Source: Rhodospirillaceae bacterium (GTDB taxonomy: Bacteria > Pseudomonadota > Alphaproteobacteria > SHVP01). Taken from it: a stretch of DNA of 64,000 nt. Shown piece by piece: positions 30,233 through 40,173 of this stretch. The first letter of the stretch is position 1. Each line of letters opens with the position of its first letter. Below the pieces are notes generated by a model. That model searched no databases, was not told the origin of the DNA, and was given only the letters and a program-made list of their open reading frames with translations. The stretch lies in NCBI GenBank assembly GCA_002722055.1, contig PBKD01000014.1, positions 16,533 through 80,532 on the forward strand, given 5' to 3'. Made by a program: the position numbers and the translations under genes.

Positions 30233-31438
30233 TTGGGAATAAAATTGAAAAATTACTTAATAGTAACATCATCTTATTGGGGCTTTACTCTTACTGATGG
30301 CGCCTTAAGAATGCTAGTGTTATTGCATTTTTTCAAACTTGGATTTTCACCTTTTACACTTGCATTTTTGTTCTTACTGTATGAAGCAGCAGGAATTTTT
30401 GCTAATCTTTTTGGCGGTTGGCTTGCAACATACTTTGGCATAACTAAAATGTTATTTGCTGGAATAGCTGTACAAATAATAGGTTTAGTCGCCCTTTCTT
30501 TGTTAAATAATAGTTGGTCAATGGAGTTCTCAATTCTCTGGGTTTTCCTATCACAAGGCATTTCTGGAATAGCTAAGGATTTTACCAAAACAGCATCAAA
30601 GTCAGCTATTAAAGTTACCACGAACGAATCACAACACCATCTTTATAAGTTGGTTGCTTGGTTTACGGGCTCAAAAAATTCAATGAAAGGAATTGGGTTT
30701 TTTTTAGGAGGATTATTATTAGAAACATTTGGCTTCAAACATGGGCTTTGGTTAATGGCTTTTTGTTTGTTTTTAATTTTAATTATATCTATTTACTTTT
30801 TACCAAAAAATTTAGGTAAATCTATGCCTTCAAAAAGCATTAAGGAACTTTTTAGTAAGTCAAAAAATATAAATATCTTATCCTTGGCAAGAATTTTTTT
30901 ATTTGGCGCACGAGATATTTGGTTTGTAGTTGGTCTTCCAGTTTTTCTTTATTCAAATAAATGGGAATTCTGGCAAGTAGGAAGTTTTCTGGCTATTTGG
31001 ACAATTGTATATGGTGGTATGCAATCAATGGCCCCTAAAATTTCTGGAACAAGCCATGATGGAAAATCTCGTGAACTTCTTTCTGCTAAATTTTTTATAA
31101 TATTTTTAACTTTAATTCCAATAATTATATTAATTTATAATTTTGCTTCTAAACCAAAAGATATTGAATTAGTCATAATTATTATTTTAGGATTAAGTGT
31201 TTTTAGTATTCCATTTGCTATAAACTCTTCATTACATTCTTACCTTGTACTAGCATATTCGAAAAACAAAATTGCTGAAGATGTTGGCTTCTATTATGCT
31301 GCAAATGCATCTGGAAGGCTGCTAGGAACATTACTATCTGGGATTCTATATCAATTTGGAGGAATAAATTTCTGCTTAATAGGTTGTTCAGTGTTTTTGA
31401 TTATTTGTTCATTACTTACATTTAGCTTATCAAAATGA
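30233..31438 (+). CDS. arsJ: Organoarsenical (1-arseno-3-phosphoglycerate) efflux MFS transporter
   Basis: YWGFTLTDGALRMLVLLHF, LFLLYEAAG, FLFGARDIWFVVGLP, NSSLHSYL, DVGFYYAANA.GRL. Confidence 0.93.
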   Translation: MGIKLKNYLIVTSSYWGFTLTDGALRMLVLLHFFKLGFSPFTLAFLFLLYEAAGIFANLFGGWLATYFGITKMLFAGIAVQIIGLVALSLLNNSWSMEFSILWVFLSQGISGIAKDFTKTASKSAIKVTTNESQHHLYKLVAWFTGSKNSMKGIGFFLGGLLLETFGFKHGLWLMAFCLFLILIISIYFLPKNLGKSMPSKSIKELFSKSKNINILSLARIFLFGARDIWFVVGLPVFLYSNKWEFWQVGSFLAIWTIVYGGMQSMAPKISGTSHDGKSRELLSAKFFIIFLTLIPIIILIYNFASKPKDIELVIIIILGLSVFSIPFAINSSLHSYLVLAYSKNKIAEDVGFYYAANASGRLLGTLLSGILYQFGGINFCLIGCSVFLIICSLLTFSLSK

Positions 31439-31447
31439 GTCCGATAC

Positions 31448-31831
31448 TTAGGGCAAACTATTTTCTCCGCTCATCCAAATACTAATTTTTTTAATTTTTA
31501 AACTACTAAATACAAAAAAATTTATGTTATCCATTTCTCTGTAATGGCCTTCTGCTGAGGTCCTTTTGATATCAAACCTTGAGGTTACCCATCCTTTTTC
31601 CGTATCTACAAGATGTTTAAAATTTCCATGCCAAGCTTTTTCGGTGCTAACTTTTCTTCTCTCTAACATAGTTTTAATTTCTTTATCTCTACCTTTATGG
31701 ATTAAAGATGATGTGACTACTTGAATTTCACAATCTTCAGTTAAACATGAGAGAACTCCTGGAATATCAAAACTGTCAATTTTTTCGAAATAAAATTCTA
31801 CAAGCTCAATCATTGGTTTTTTTTCATACAT
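31448..31831 (-). CDS. SnoaL/NTF2-like protein
   Basis: YFEKIDSFDIPGVLSCLTEDC...HKGRD..., NINFFVF..KIKKI pattern; ATG at 31831 after GGAG. Confidence 0.75.
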   Translation of the reverse strand: MYEKKPMIELVEFYFEKIDSFDIPGVLSCLTEDCEIQVVTSSLIHKGRDKEIKTMLERRKVSTEKAWHGNFKHLVDTEKGWVTSRFDIKRTSAEGHYREMDNINFFVFSSLKIKKISIWMSGENSLP

Positions 31832-31960
31832 GCCCCTTCTCCAGAACAACAAGAATTTTAATTTATTAAATACTGTCCAAAAATAAATTATTCTAAATTA
31901 TAACTAAATATATTAATTTATTTTTCACAAATTTCTCTTCCTATGATATAGTAGAAATTA

Positions 31961-33004
31961 ATGGAAAAAAATAATAACATTCTTAATTTTTCGCTAAGTG
32001 CTGGAATCTTTGCCCTTAGTATCACTTTATTAATAATTGGAAGAGATATTCTAATACCTATAGCAATAGCTATTGTTGTATGGTACTTAATCAATGCACT
32101 CTCTAAAATATTTAATAAGATAAACTCTTTAGGAATAAAGCTTCCTAATTGGGTTAGTATTATTATTTCAATGGCCTGCATAATTATTTTTTTAATTGCT
32201 ATTGGTAATTTAATTAGCAGAAACATCTCAGAAGTAATTGAAATAGCTCCGACATATCAAGAAAACTTTAATAATCTTTTGCAAAAAATTTTTTCAGCTT
32301 TAGGAATTGAGAAAATTCCAAGTCTTGGACAAATAGTTGATCAAATAGATTTCAAAAGTCTTTTATCAAAGTTTGCATCAGGAGCAGCAGGTATTGCTGC
32401 CAATGCAGGAATAATAATTATATATGTACTATTCTTATTAGCAGAACAAGCAACTTTTCCAAAGAAACTTAATGCTCTTTTTCCAGACACAAATAAACTT
32501 AATGATGTTCGTAACCTTTTGAATAAAATTCAGAATCAAATTCAGAGTTACATTTGGATCAAAACATTAATGAGTCTATTAACTGGGACTATATGTTACA
32601 TAATTTTGATTATTGTTGGTTTGGACTTGGCTTTGTTCTGGGCTTTTGTAATTTTTTTACTAAATTATATTCCAACTATCGGATCTCTTTTAGGTATTGT
32701 TCTACCGTCACTTTTAGCTTTAGTTCAATTTAGCTCCCCATTACCATTTGTTGCTGTTGTTATTACCTTATCCATAACACAGTTCTGTATTGGAAGCCTA
32801 ATGGAGCCAAAATTAATGGGAAGAACACTTAACCTTAGTCCATTAGTAGTAATTATCACATTAGTAGTTTGGAGTAGCTTATGGGGAATAGCTGGAGCAA
32901 TACTCTGTGTCCCTATAACAGTTATTGCGATGATAGTGTTTTCTCATTTTGAGAAAACAAAGTCTATTGCAATTATTTTATCCGGTAACGGTAAAATAAA
33001 TTAA
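31961..33004 (+). CDS. AI-2E family transporter
   Basis: ILIPIAIA, FLLNYIPTIGS, EPKLMGRTLNLSP, WGIAGAILCVP. Confidence 0.92.
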   Translation: MEKNNNILNFSLSAGIFALSITLLIIGRDILIPIAIAIVVWYLINALSKIFNKINSLGIKLPNWVSIIISMACIIIFLIAIGNLISRNISEVIEIAPTYQENFNNLLQKIFSALGIEKIPSLGQIVDQIDFKSLLSKFASGAAGIAANAGIIIIYVLFLLAEQATFPKKLNALFPDTNKLNDVRNLLNKIQNQIQSYIWIKTLMSLLTGTICYIILIIVGLDLALFWAFVIFLLNYIPTIGSLLGIVLPSLLALVQFSSPLPFVAVVITLSITQFCIGSLMEPKLMGRTLNLSPLVVIITLVVWSSLWGIAGAILCVPITVIAMIVFSHFEKTKSIAIILSGNGKIN

Positions 33005-33038
33005 TTTTTTAAATCAATTATTTTTTAGGAGATATTCA

Positions 33039-33676
33039 ATGCATTATGTTGATATTTTCGGTCATTTTCATTTCTTTTAGCCGCGTTTTCTTTTTTAATG
33101 AGGGACATAATCTGGCTTAGAATAATTAGTATTATCTCTGGATTAATTGGCATTATATTTAACTTTTTAATACCTGCTGGACCCTTATGGATCCCAATCA
33201 TGTGGATTACAATTTTTATTTGTATAAACATATACATGATAACTACTTTCTATTATTCTAATAGAAATTCTGGTTTTTCTGAGAGTGACTTTAATATGTG
33301 GAAAAACAATTTTTGGGGCTTTACCGCTGAAGAGTTCAGAAAAATTAGGAAGATAATTATTATAAAAAATTTTAATAATGAAAAAATTATTTCTAAAGGA
33401 CAAGAAACAAAATATATCTATTTTATCATAACCGGCAAACTACAAGTCAAAGTTAAGAATGATATAGTTAAAGAATTAATTACAGGTGATATTGCAGGTG
33501 AAATGTCATTTTTAAATGAATCAAAAGCTAATGCTGATGTCTTTTCTGAAAAAAATACAACATGTGTTGTAATTGAAAAAGCTAAATTACGTAAAATTAT
33601 GATTAAAAACCCTACTTTTCATATGTCAGTAACAAAACTTTTCAATAAAAACTTAATGAAAAAAATTACACAGTAA
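33039..33676 (+). CDS. Popeye-domain/cNMP-binding membrane protein; apparent 1-nt frameshift near the 5' end
   Basis: MRDIIWLR, N-terminal TM helices, G..AGEMSFL and ANADV cNMP fold. AGGAGA-ATG at 33039 is out of frame with the main ORF (33098-33676). Confidence 0.75.
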
Positions 33677-33694
33677 TGGTAAACTGAACTTAAT

Positions 33695-34585
33695 ATGAAA
33701 AAAATTAACTTCTCAGGAGCTTTTGGTGGAAGTATCTTTATGATACTATTTACTATTTTTGCACCAAACATTGACGCTTTAGCTAAACTCCTTTCAAAAG
33801 AAATACCAGCCTTAGAAGTTGCTCTATTCCGCTTTATGATTCAAACATTATTGCTTACTCCCTTTGTAATATATAAATTTGGTTTTATAGATCTTTGGCC
33901 CAAGCAATCATTACTTCATTTCATCAGAGGTGCTTTAATTGGTTTATGTTCACTAACTTTTTTTGCAGCACTAAAAGTTATGCCAATAGCAGATGCAGTA
34001 GCTATTTTTTTTGTTGAACCCTTAATACTTACACTTATTTCAGCAATTTTTTTAAATGAAAAGATAGGATGGAGAAGAACTACAGCAGTTTGTGTTGGTT
34101 TTATTGGAGCTTTAATTGTAATCCAACCAAGTTTTGACTTATTAGGCTATAGCTCGTTACTACCTTTAGCAGCAGCTTTTTTATTTGCTTCTTACTTAGC
34201 TCTAACAAAAATTGTCTCTAAGGATAATGATCCTATTGCAATACAATTTTATGCAGGATTTTCTGCTATAATTATCCTTGGTATAGCAAATATAATTGGA
34301 TACGCTTCTAGTCTTCCAGCGCTTCAACCAGTATTGCCATCTTTAAATGCTTACATACTACTTTTTCTTTTAGGAGTAGTTGCTACAATTGCTCATCTCT
34401 TTTTGGTTTTAGCTTTTAAGAGAGCGCCGGCATCCTTACTGGCACCTCTTCAATACTTTGAAATCCTGGGTGCAACTTTGTTAGGGTTGGTTATCTTTAG
34501 TGAATTTCCAAGTATAGAGACATGGATAGGAATTATAATTATTGTTTGTAGTGGATTATATGTAATATGGAGACAATCGAAATAA
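33695..34585 (+). CDS. DMT/EamA family transporter
   Basis: Ten TM pattern, FVEPL, FLNEKIGWRR, RAPASLLAPLQY, FSEFP. Confidence 0.92.
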   Translation: MKKINFSGAFGGSIFMILFTIFAPNIDALAKLLSKEIPALEVALFRFMIQTLLLTPFVIYKFGFIDLWPKQSLLHFIRGALIGLCSLTFFAALKVMPIADAVAIFFVEPLILTLISAIFLNEKIGWRRTTAVCVGFIGALIVIQPSFDLLGYSSLLPLAAAFLFASYLALTKIVSKDNDPIAIQFYAGFSAIIILGIANIIGYASSLPALQPVLPSLNAYILLFLLGVVATIAHLFLVLAFKRAPASLLAPLQYFEILGATLLGLVIFSEFPSIETWIGIIIIVCSGLYVIWRQSK

Positions 34586-34596
34586 AGATGAAATTA

Positions 34597-35127
34597 TTAT
34601 TGTAATTTAACTGAATCTATTTTTTTACAACCAGGATAAGAGAATACAGTAGGCAATGTTTTTACTTCTAATGCTTGTTCCTCCTGAGGTGTTTTCTTTC
34701 TTACAAAATCTTCAAAAACCTTTCTATTAACTAGATCCAAATTAAATTTCCAATATTGAAAATTACTGAATTTTTCATCAATTTCTATTGACTCATTTTC
34801 AATATCTACCAAGCTCCATGATACTTCTTGTTCACTAAAATTTCCGTTAAACCAAGATGACCATCTTCCAGCCCGCTTGAATCTAACTTTTTTTTCAACA
34901 GGGGAGAGTTGAATAGTAATTCCCTCCATTTTTTTCTTATCTTTATCGTTTAAACTAAACCTTTTCCCCTCAATAATTACTGATTCAGGTTTTTCACAAA
35001 CGACGACTACTGAGTAATACTCTTGATCTTGGTCTTGGTCTTTTTCTGTTTTTGAACCCTCTGTTTGAGCACTCAAATTCAGGATTACACTAAAGAAAAT
35101 CAAATTAAATATGATTAAAAATTTCAA
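34597..35127 (-). CDS. Hypothetical exported protein
   Basis: 176-aa ORF with a Sec-type signal peptide (MKFLIIF...NLSA/Q) and two Cys; no family recognised. Confidence 0.65.
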   Translation of the reverse strand: MKFLIIFNLIFFSVILNLSAQTEGSKTEKDQDQDQEYYSVVVVCEKPESVIIEGKRFSLNDKDKKKMEGITIQLSPVEKKVRFKRAGRWSSWFNGNFSEQEVSWSLVDIENESIEIDEKFSNFQYWKFNLDLVNRKVFEDFVRKKTPQEEQALEVKTLPTVFSYPGCKKIDSVKLQ

Positions 35128-35150
35128 TTAAATTACTCCAAATATAGAAT

Positions 35151-35444
35151 TTAGATTTTTATTGCGATAACAAGCAAAAGTACAATAATCACACCAGATG
35201 CCATTGAAAATAAACCAAGTTTTCTTCCTATTTCTGATACTGCACGTTTGACCTCTTCAATATTACTTTTATTTTTCTGTTCCCATTGAACTAAGTCTTC
35301 AGTTGCAGATGTTAGTTTATGCAGGAGACTTCTAATGTCAGATATCTCTAGATCTTTTCTATTTTTTAAGAGTATTCGCTTTATTTCCTCTGCATCATTT
35401 TTAATACTATCAAGTGAATTCGAGGGTTCTTTGATTTCATTCAT
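35151..35444 (-). CDS. Hypothetical coiled-coil protein with C-terminal membrane anchor
   Basis: 97-aa ORF, GAGGA RBS, helical N-terminal part and hydrophobic tail. Confidence 0.65.
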   Translation of the reverse strand: MNEIKEPSNSLDSIKNDAEEIKRILLKNRKDLEISDIRSLLHKLTSATEDLVQWEQKNKSNIEEVKRAVSEIGRKLGLFSMASGVIIVLLLVIAIKI

Positions 35445-35514
35445 ATGATCCTCATTAATTCAATATTATATCAAAAAACTTTAGATTTGGTTAAATTATA
35501 CATACAAAGAATTT

Positions 35515-36687
35515 TTACCGTACTAAACATTTGAAATTATTATATTTTTTGTTGATCATACTTGAGTTTAATTCAGAAATTTTGGTTACACCCATAAGCC
35601 TCATATCCCTTTCTATTTCCTGCCTTATATTAAATAGGGCTTTTTCTACACCCCTTTGGCCAGCTGCGCCTAGGGCATAAAGATAGAGCCTGCCACCAGA
35701 ACATGCGGTTGCACCTAATGTTAATGCTTTTAAAACATGACTTCCTCTTCGGATGCCACCATCTAAAATTATCTCAATTTTGCCACCAACAGAATCAACA
35801 ATACTACTTAATTGTTCAATTGGAGATATAGAGCCATCCAGTTGTCTTCCCCCATGATTTGATATCATGATTGCTGTTGCACCAATATCTACAGCTTTCT
35901 TAGCATCATCGACACTCATTATCCCTTTAAGACAAAATGGACCATTCCATTCACTACGTAGATTTTCAGCATCCTTCCATGACATACTTTGATCAATCAT
36001 TTCAGTAAAATACTGCCCTACATTAACTTCAATACTTGAACCATGCTTATGAAATTTAGACAAATGAGGTAAATCAAATTTTCTAAAAATAAAATTAGAT
36101 GTCCAGCCTATGTGGAATAAAAAACTTATAAAACTTCCTAAAGTCAACCTTGGTGGAATTGTAAAACCAGACTTGAGATCTCTTTCTCTATTTCCTCCAA
36201 CAGCAGTGTCTACAGTTAAAGCGAGAGCATCAAAATTTGCTGCTTTTGCCCTTTCAAGCATCTCTTTATTTAATGCTTTATCTTTATGGTAATAAAATTG
36301 AAATAGTTTTGGTGATTTAATAATTTTTGATATATCTTCAACACTTGTTGTTGATAGAGAAGAGACTCCAAACATAGTCCTCTCTTTTTCTGCGGCTTTA
36401 CCAACTGCCATCTCACCTGAATGATGAAAAAGCTTTTGAAGAGCTGTAGGCGAACAAAAAAAGGGAAAATCAATAGTTGCCCCTAAGACACTGACTTTAG
36501 TATCTAATTTTGAGACGTCTCGAAGAACATTAGGAATGAGATCAAAGTTATTAAAGGCCTCGGTGTTATTTCTTAGAGTTTCTTCGTCATCTGATCCACC
36601 ATCAATATAATCAAAAATAGGTTTCGGTAGCCTCTTTTTTGCCAACCTACGAATATCATCGATATTGTTACACTTTGATATATCCAT
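35515..36687 (-). CDS. lldD: FMN-dependent alpha-hydroxy acid oxidase (L-lactate dehydrogenase-like)
   Basis: FDYIDGG, TVDTAVGGNRERD, LKGI, SNHGGRQLDG, DGGIRRG. Confidence 0.9.
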   Translation of the reverse strand: MDISKCNNIDDIRRLAKKRLPKPIFDYIDGGSDDEETLRNNTEAFNNFDLIPNVLRDVSKLDTKVSVLGATIDFPFFCSPTALQKLFHHSGEMAVGKAAEKERTMFGVSSLSTTSVEDISKIIKSPKLFQFYYHKDKALNKEMLERAKAANFDALALTVDTAVGGNRERDLKSGFTIPPRLTLGSFISFLFHIGWTSNFIFRKFDLPHLSKFHKHGSSIEVNVGQYFTEMIDQSMSWKDAENLRSEWNGPFCLKGIMSVDDAKKAVDIGATAIMISNHGGRQLDGSISPIEQLSSIVDSVGGKIEIILDGGIRRGSHVLKALTLGATACSGGRLYLYALGAAGQRGVEKALFNIRQEIERDMRLMGVTKISELNSSMINKKYNNFKCLVR

Positions 36688-36706
36688 AAATCAACAGTAA
36701 GGTAAC

Positions 36707-37123
36707 TTAAAGATTTTTACTACCAGAAATTTTTTTAATATGGTCAACCATAGCCATCATACCTACCTGCCTTCTGACTGTTAGTCCGGGGCCTAGTCCT
36801 AACTTGGAAACAATATTATGGTCAATATCTCTAATGTCTAAAGCATTATAACCACTAAATGCCTCAACTATTATTGAGACTAAACCCTTTACAATTAATG
36901 CATCACTATCACCTTTAAAATAAAACTTATCGTTAATTATTTCACACTTGATCCACACTTGAGCCAGACAACCATACATCTTGTTGTTATCAACTTTGTC
37001 AAGATCATTAAATGATGGACTTCTTTTACCATGGTCTATTAAATATTGGAATTGCCCGGTTTCTCCCTCTAAATCAAAGCAAGAAACTAAGTCAGTAGCA
37101 TATTTGTCGAGAACATCAATCAT
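36707..37123 (-). CDS. sufE: SufE family sulfur acceptor
   Basis: YLIDHGK, GCLAQVW, GDSDALIVKGL, LTVRRQVG. Confidence 0.9.
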   Translation of the reverse strand: MIDVLDKYATDLVSCFDLEGETGQFQYLIDHGKRSPSFNDLDKVDNNKMYGCLAQVWIKCEIINDKFYFKGDSDALIVKGLVSIIVEAFSGYNALDIRDIDHNIVSKLGLGPGLTVRRQVGMMAMVDHIKKISGSKNL

Positions 37124-37206
37124 AAAACTATTTACTTTATAAAAATTTAAACTAATTTATAAATAGTAATATAATTAAAAAAATCAATCAGAATTTATAC
37201 AAGAAA

Positions 37207-37794
37207 ATGAATTACTTTAAACAAAATCATTTTATTTCAAAATTAATCTTAGGTGGATTGACTGTATTGTTAGTTTTATTCTTAAATATTGGAAACTTGT
37301 TCTCTAGTCCATTTTTGTATAAATTTAAAGATTTCAAATATCCATTCTCAAATTATTTAATTTCTAAAAAAAAAGAAAATAATACTAAATTTTTTATTAA
37401 ATCCAAGCATATAGAAATTACTAATGCATATGTAAAAATTCCAATAGGCAATCTTTCTACCACAGCCGCCTACATGACAATAACTTCTGAAATTAATGAT
37501 AAAATAATAAAACTTTCATCACCAATAGCAAAAAAAGTTGAAATCCATAAGACATCAGTTGATAAAAATGGTATTATTAAAATGAGAAAATTAAAATATA
37601 TCCCCATCTCTAAGTCAAAGCCATTAATTCTTAAACCAGAAGGGCTTCATTTTATGATAATGGGGTTAAAGAAAACTTTAGTTGAAAGTGAGACTTTCCC
37701 TTTATCAATTTATCTAAATAGTGGACTGATTATTAACTTAGAACTAAATACTTTATTATACAATTCTAATAAAGAAATGAAACATCAGCACTAA
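37207..37794 (+). CDS. Copper chaperone PCu(A)C
   Basis: TAAYMTI, VEIH...MR...LKPEGLHFMIMGL copper motif; next to SCO. Confidence 0.88.
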   Translation: MNYFKQNHFISKLILGGLTVLLVLFLNIGNLFSSPFLYKFKDFKYPFSNYLISKKKENNTKFFIKSKHIEITNAYVKIPIGNLSTTAAYMTITSEINDKIIKLSSPIAKKVEIHKTSVDKNGIIKMRKLKYIPISKSKPLILKPEGLHFMIMGLKKTLVESETFPLSIYLNSGLIINLELNTLLYNSNKEMKHQH

Positions 37795-37795
37795 A

Positions 37796-38407
37796 ATGAA
37801 TAGAAAAAAGAACTTAATTTATATATCTATATTTGTACTAATCATAATTTCCATTCTTTCCATTATTTTAATTAATGAGTCTTTTCAAAATTCCACTTAC
37901 CACAAGAAGTCTTTAATAAAAAGTAATTTTAATTTAATTGATCAAAATAGCAAAATAGTTACTAACGAAGATTTTTATGGAAAATTTACATTAATTTTTT
38001 TTGGGTTTACTTTTTGTCCAGATGTATGCCCAAATACATTAAATAAAATTTCTATAGCTTACGATCTTCTTCAAGAAGATATTAAAAAAAGTCTTAAAGT
38101 GATTTTTATTACCGTCGATCCAGAAAGGGATAATTTTAGAATTATGAATAAATATGTCTCAGCTTTTAATAAGGAATTTATTGGTTTAACAGGGTCTGAG
38201 AAAAGAATTAAGCAGGCAGCAGACTCTATGGGTGTCTACTTTAAAAAAAATGTAATAAATGATACGACTAATGAATACCTTATAGACCATTCCTCAATAA
38301 AGTTTTTAATGGATAAGAAAGGAAGTTATCTAGCACATTTTAGTCGTGATTTATCTGCAGAAGAGCTTTCCAAAAGAATATCTGAGAAAATTAAGAATTA
38401 TGAATAA
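37796..38407 (+). CDS. SCO1/SenC family protein
   Basis: FFGFTFCPDVCP, ITVDPERD, Y.IDHSS; N-terminal membrane anchor. Confidence 0.94.
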   Translation: MNRKKNLIYISIFVLIIISILSIILINESFQNSTYHKKSLIKSNFNLIDQNSKIVTNEDFYGKFTLIFFGFTFCPDVCPNTLNKISIAYDLLQEDIKKSLKVIFITVDPERDNFRIMNKYVSAFNKEFIGLTGSEKRIKQAADSMGVYFKKNVINDTTNEYLIDHSSIKFLMDKKGSYLAHFSRDLSAEELSKRISEKIKNYE

Positions 38408-38587
38408 CACCATAAACCCGGCCGGATTTAATTATAAATGAAGAAAAAAACTTCATTTTTTATTAAATTTTATAAAAATTGTAAAAAAAACTGATATTTT
38501 CTCGTATTGAATAAACAAAAAATAGATACAAATAGTAAAACCATTTATAATATTTACATATTTTTTTAAATTTGGGAGGTAAATATA

Positions 38588-40096
38588 ATGCGTTTAAGTA
38601 AATTATTTGCTGCTGGAGTTGCTGTATTATTCTCAACATCAATTTTTTCAGCATCAAACGCAGCTGATACATTAAAGGTTGCACACTACGACCAACCTGC
38701 ACAAATGGGTATGCCATATGGTACATTTGGAGCAAATGGAGCCTATCAATTATATGCAATTTTTGATGGTCTTACTTTTGTAGATGATGATAAAAAAGTT
38801 TATCCACTTTTAGCTACAGAATGGAAATTAAAAGATGCAAATACTTGGATTGTAAAATTGAGAAAAGGCGTTACTTTTCATAATGGAGTTCCATGGAATG
38901 CAGATGCTATGCTAGGAAACGTTGATGCTATAAATAACGATCCAGTTGTTTCTAAACAACAAGCTAGAAGACAGCTTGCTACAATCGTTAGTGGTAAAAA
39001 GATTGATGACTATACCGTCGAATTAACAACTAAAGTTCCAGATCCTGTTCTACCAAAACGATTACATATCATGAGACCACATGAACCTAAAGCTTGGGCA
39101 GATTTAGGCCCTAAAGGTTATGCAAGAGAACCAGTAGGAACCGGAAGCTATAAAATTGTTAAATGGGGTAATGATGGATTAAAAATGACTGCATATGAAA
39201 ATGCATGGAGAAAACCAAAAACTAAAAATGTAGAGATTACAATTATTCCAGAAATTGCTACAAGAGTTCAAGCGCTTAACTCAGGACAGGTACATATTGC
39301 ATGGGCACTTGATACCGGTGCAATGCCAATTGTCGAAGCTGGTGGAAACAAAGTTGTTGTTTCAAGGAGACATGATACTCTAAATTTAATTCTTCATCAT
39401 AGAAAAGAAGGTAGTCCAGTTAAAGATGTAAGAGTTCGTAGAGCCCTGAATTATGCCTATGACAAAGAAACTTTCGTTAAAGAAGTTATGGGAGGAATGA
39501 CTAAAACCAATGGGCAGCCTGCCGACTCAAGCGCAACTGGTTATTTCCCTGATATTAAACCTTACCCTTATGATCCAGCGAAAGCTAAAAAGCTTCTTGC
39601 TGAAGCAGGGTATCCTAATGGTTTTGATATGAAAATTGAAATGGTAGTTGCTAGTGGTGAGTTTGGAGACACTTTTCAAGCTATGGCTGCTGATTTTAAA
39701 AAGGTTGGGGTAAATGCTGAACTAGTTGTCCTAACAATTCCAATATTTGTTAAGAAAATTCTTAAGCAACAACCTTGGGAAGGCGATGCTTTCACAATGA
39801 TGTTTGAGTCCCATCCTATAGCAGACTTAACAAGGGTAATGGCTACTCACTCCTGTAATTTCTTTGCTAAGCATATTTGTTTCGAAGAAATGAAAGAAAC
39901 TATAGCAGCTATGGACTCTGAGTTTGATCCAGAAAAAAGGCTTAAACTTATGAAAAAAGTGGCTCAGTTTTATCATGATCAAGCCCCAGTGGTATTTAGT
40001 CATGAAAGACCTGCTATCGATGGTGTGTCACCTAAAGTCAAAGGTTATAAACTAGTCAACAGGGTTCCAAATTGGCATCAAATTTCTGTAGACTAA
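38588..40096 (+). CDS. Family 5 (peptide/nickel-type) ABC substrate-binding protein, standalone
   Basis: Signal peptide, PLLATEW, LRKGVTFHNG, PVGTGSY, DVRVRRALNYAYD, YDPAKAKKLLAEAG. Confidence 0.92.
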   Translation: MRLSKLFAAGVAVLFSTSIFSASNAADTLKVAHYDQPAQMGMPYGTFGANGAYQLYAIFDGLTFVDDDKKVYPLLATEWKLKDANTWIVKLRKGVTFHNGVPWNADAMLGNVDAINNDPVVSKQQARRQLATIVSGKKIDDYTVELTTKVPDPVLPKRLHIMRPHEPKAWADLGPKGYAREPVGTGSYKIVKWGNDGLKMTAYENAWRKPKTKNVEITIIPEIATRVQALNSGQVHIAWALDTGAMPIVEAGGNKVVVSRRHDTLNLILHHRKEGSPVKDVRVRRALNYAYDKETFVKEVMGGMTKTNGQPADSSATGYFPDIKPYPYDPAKAKKLLAEAGYPNGFDMKIEMVVASGEFGDTFQAMAADFKKVGVNAELVVLTIPIFVKKILKQQPWEGDAFTMMFESHPIADLTRVMATHSCNFFAKHICFEEMKETIAAMDSEFDPEKRLKLMKKVAQFYHDQAPVVFSHERPAIDGVSPKVKGYKLVNRVPNWHQISVD

Positions 40097-40116
40097 TTTA
40101 TAATTGGATAGTATTT

Positions 40117-40148
40117 AAAAGGGAGCTTAGTCTTAAGCTCCCTTTTTT
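40117..40148 (+). terminator. Intrinsic terminator after the SBP gene
   Basis: AAAAGGGAGCTTA-gtct-TAAGCTCCCTTTT followed by TT. Confidence 0.9.
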
Positions 40149-40173
40149 ATTGTTTTATTGATATTTTTTCATC

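Noticed and set aside
35021..35041. Hexamer microsatellite encoding DQDQDQ as a phase-variation tract
   Set aside because: In-frame, only about three imperfect units; length changes would not switch expression
38413..38430. Near-palindrome TAAACCCGGCCGGATTTA after the SCO gene
   Set aside because: Single occurrence, one mismatch, and no proper loop or U-tract; cannot distinguish operator, weak terminator or chance
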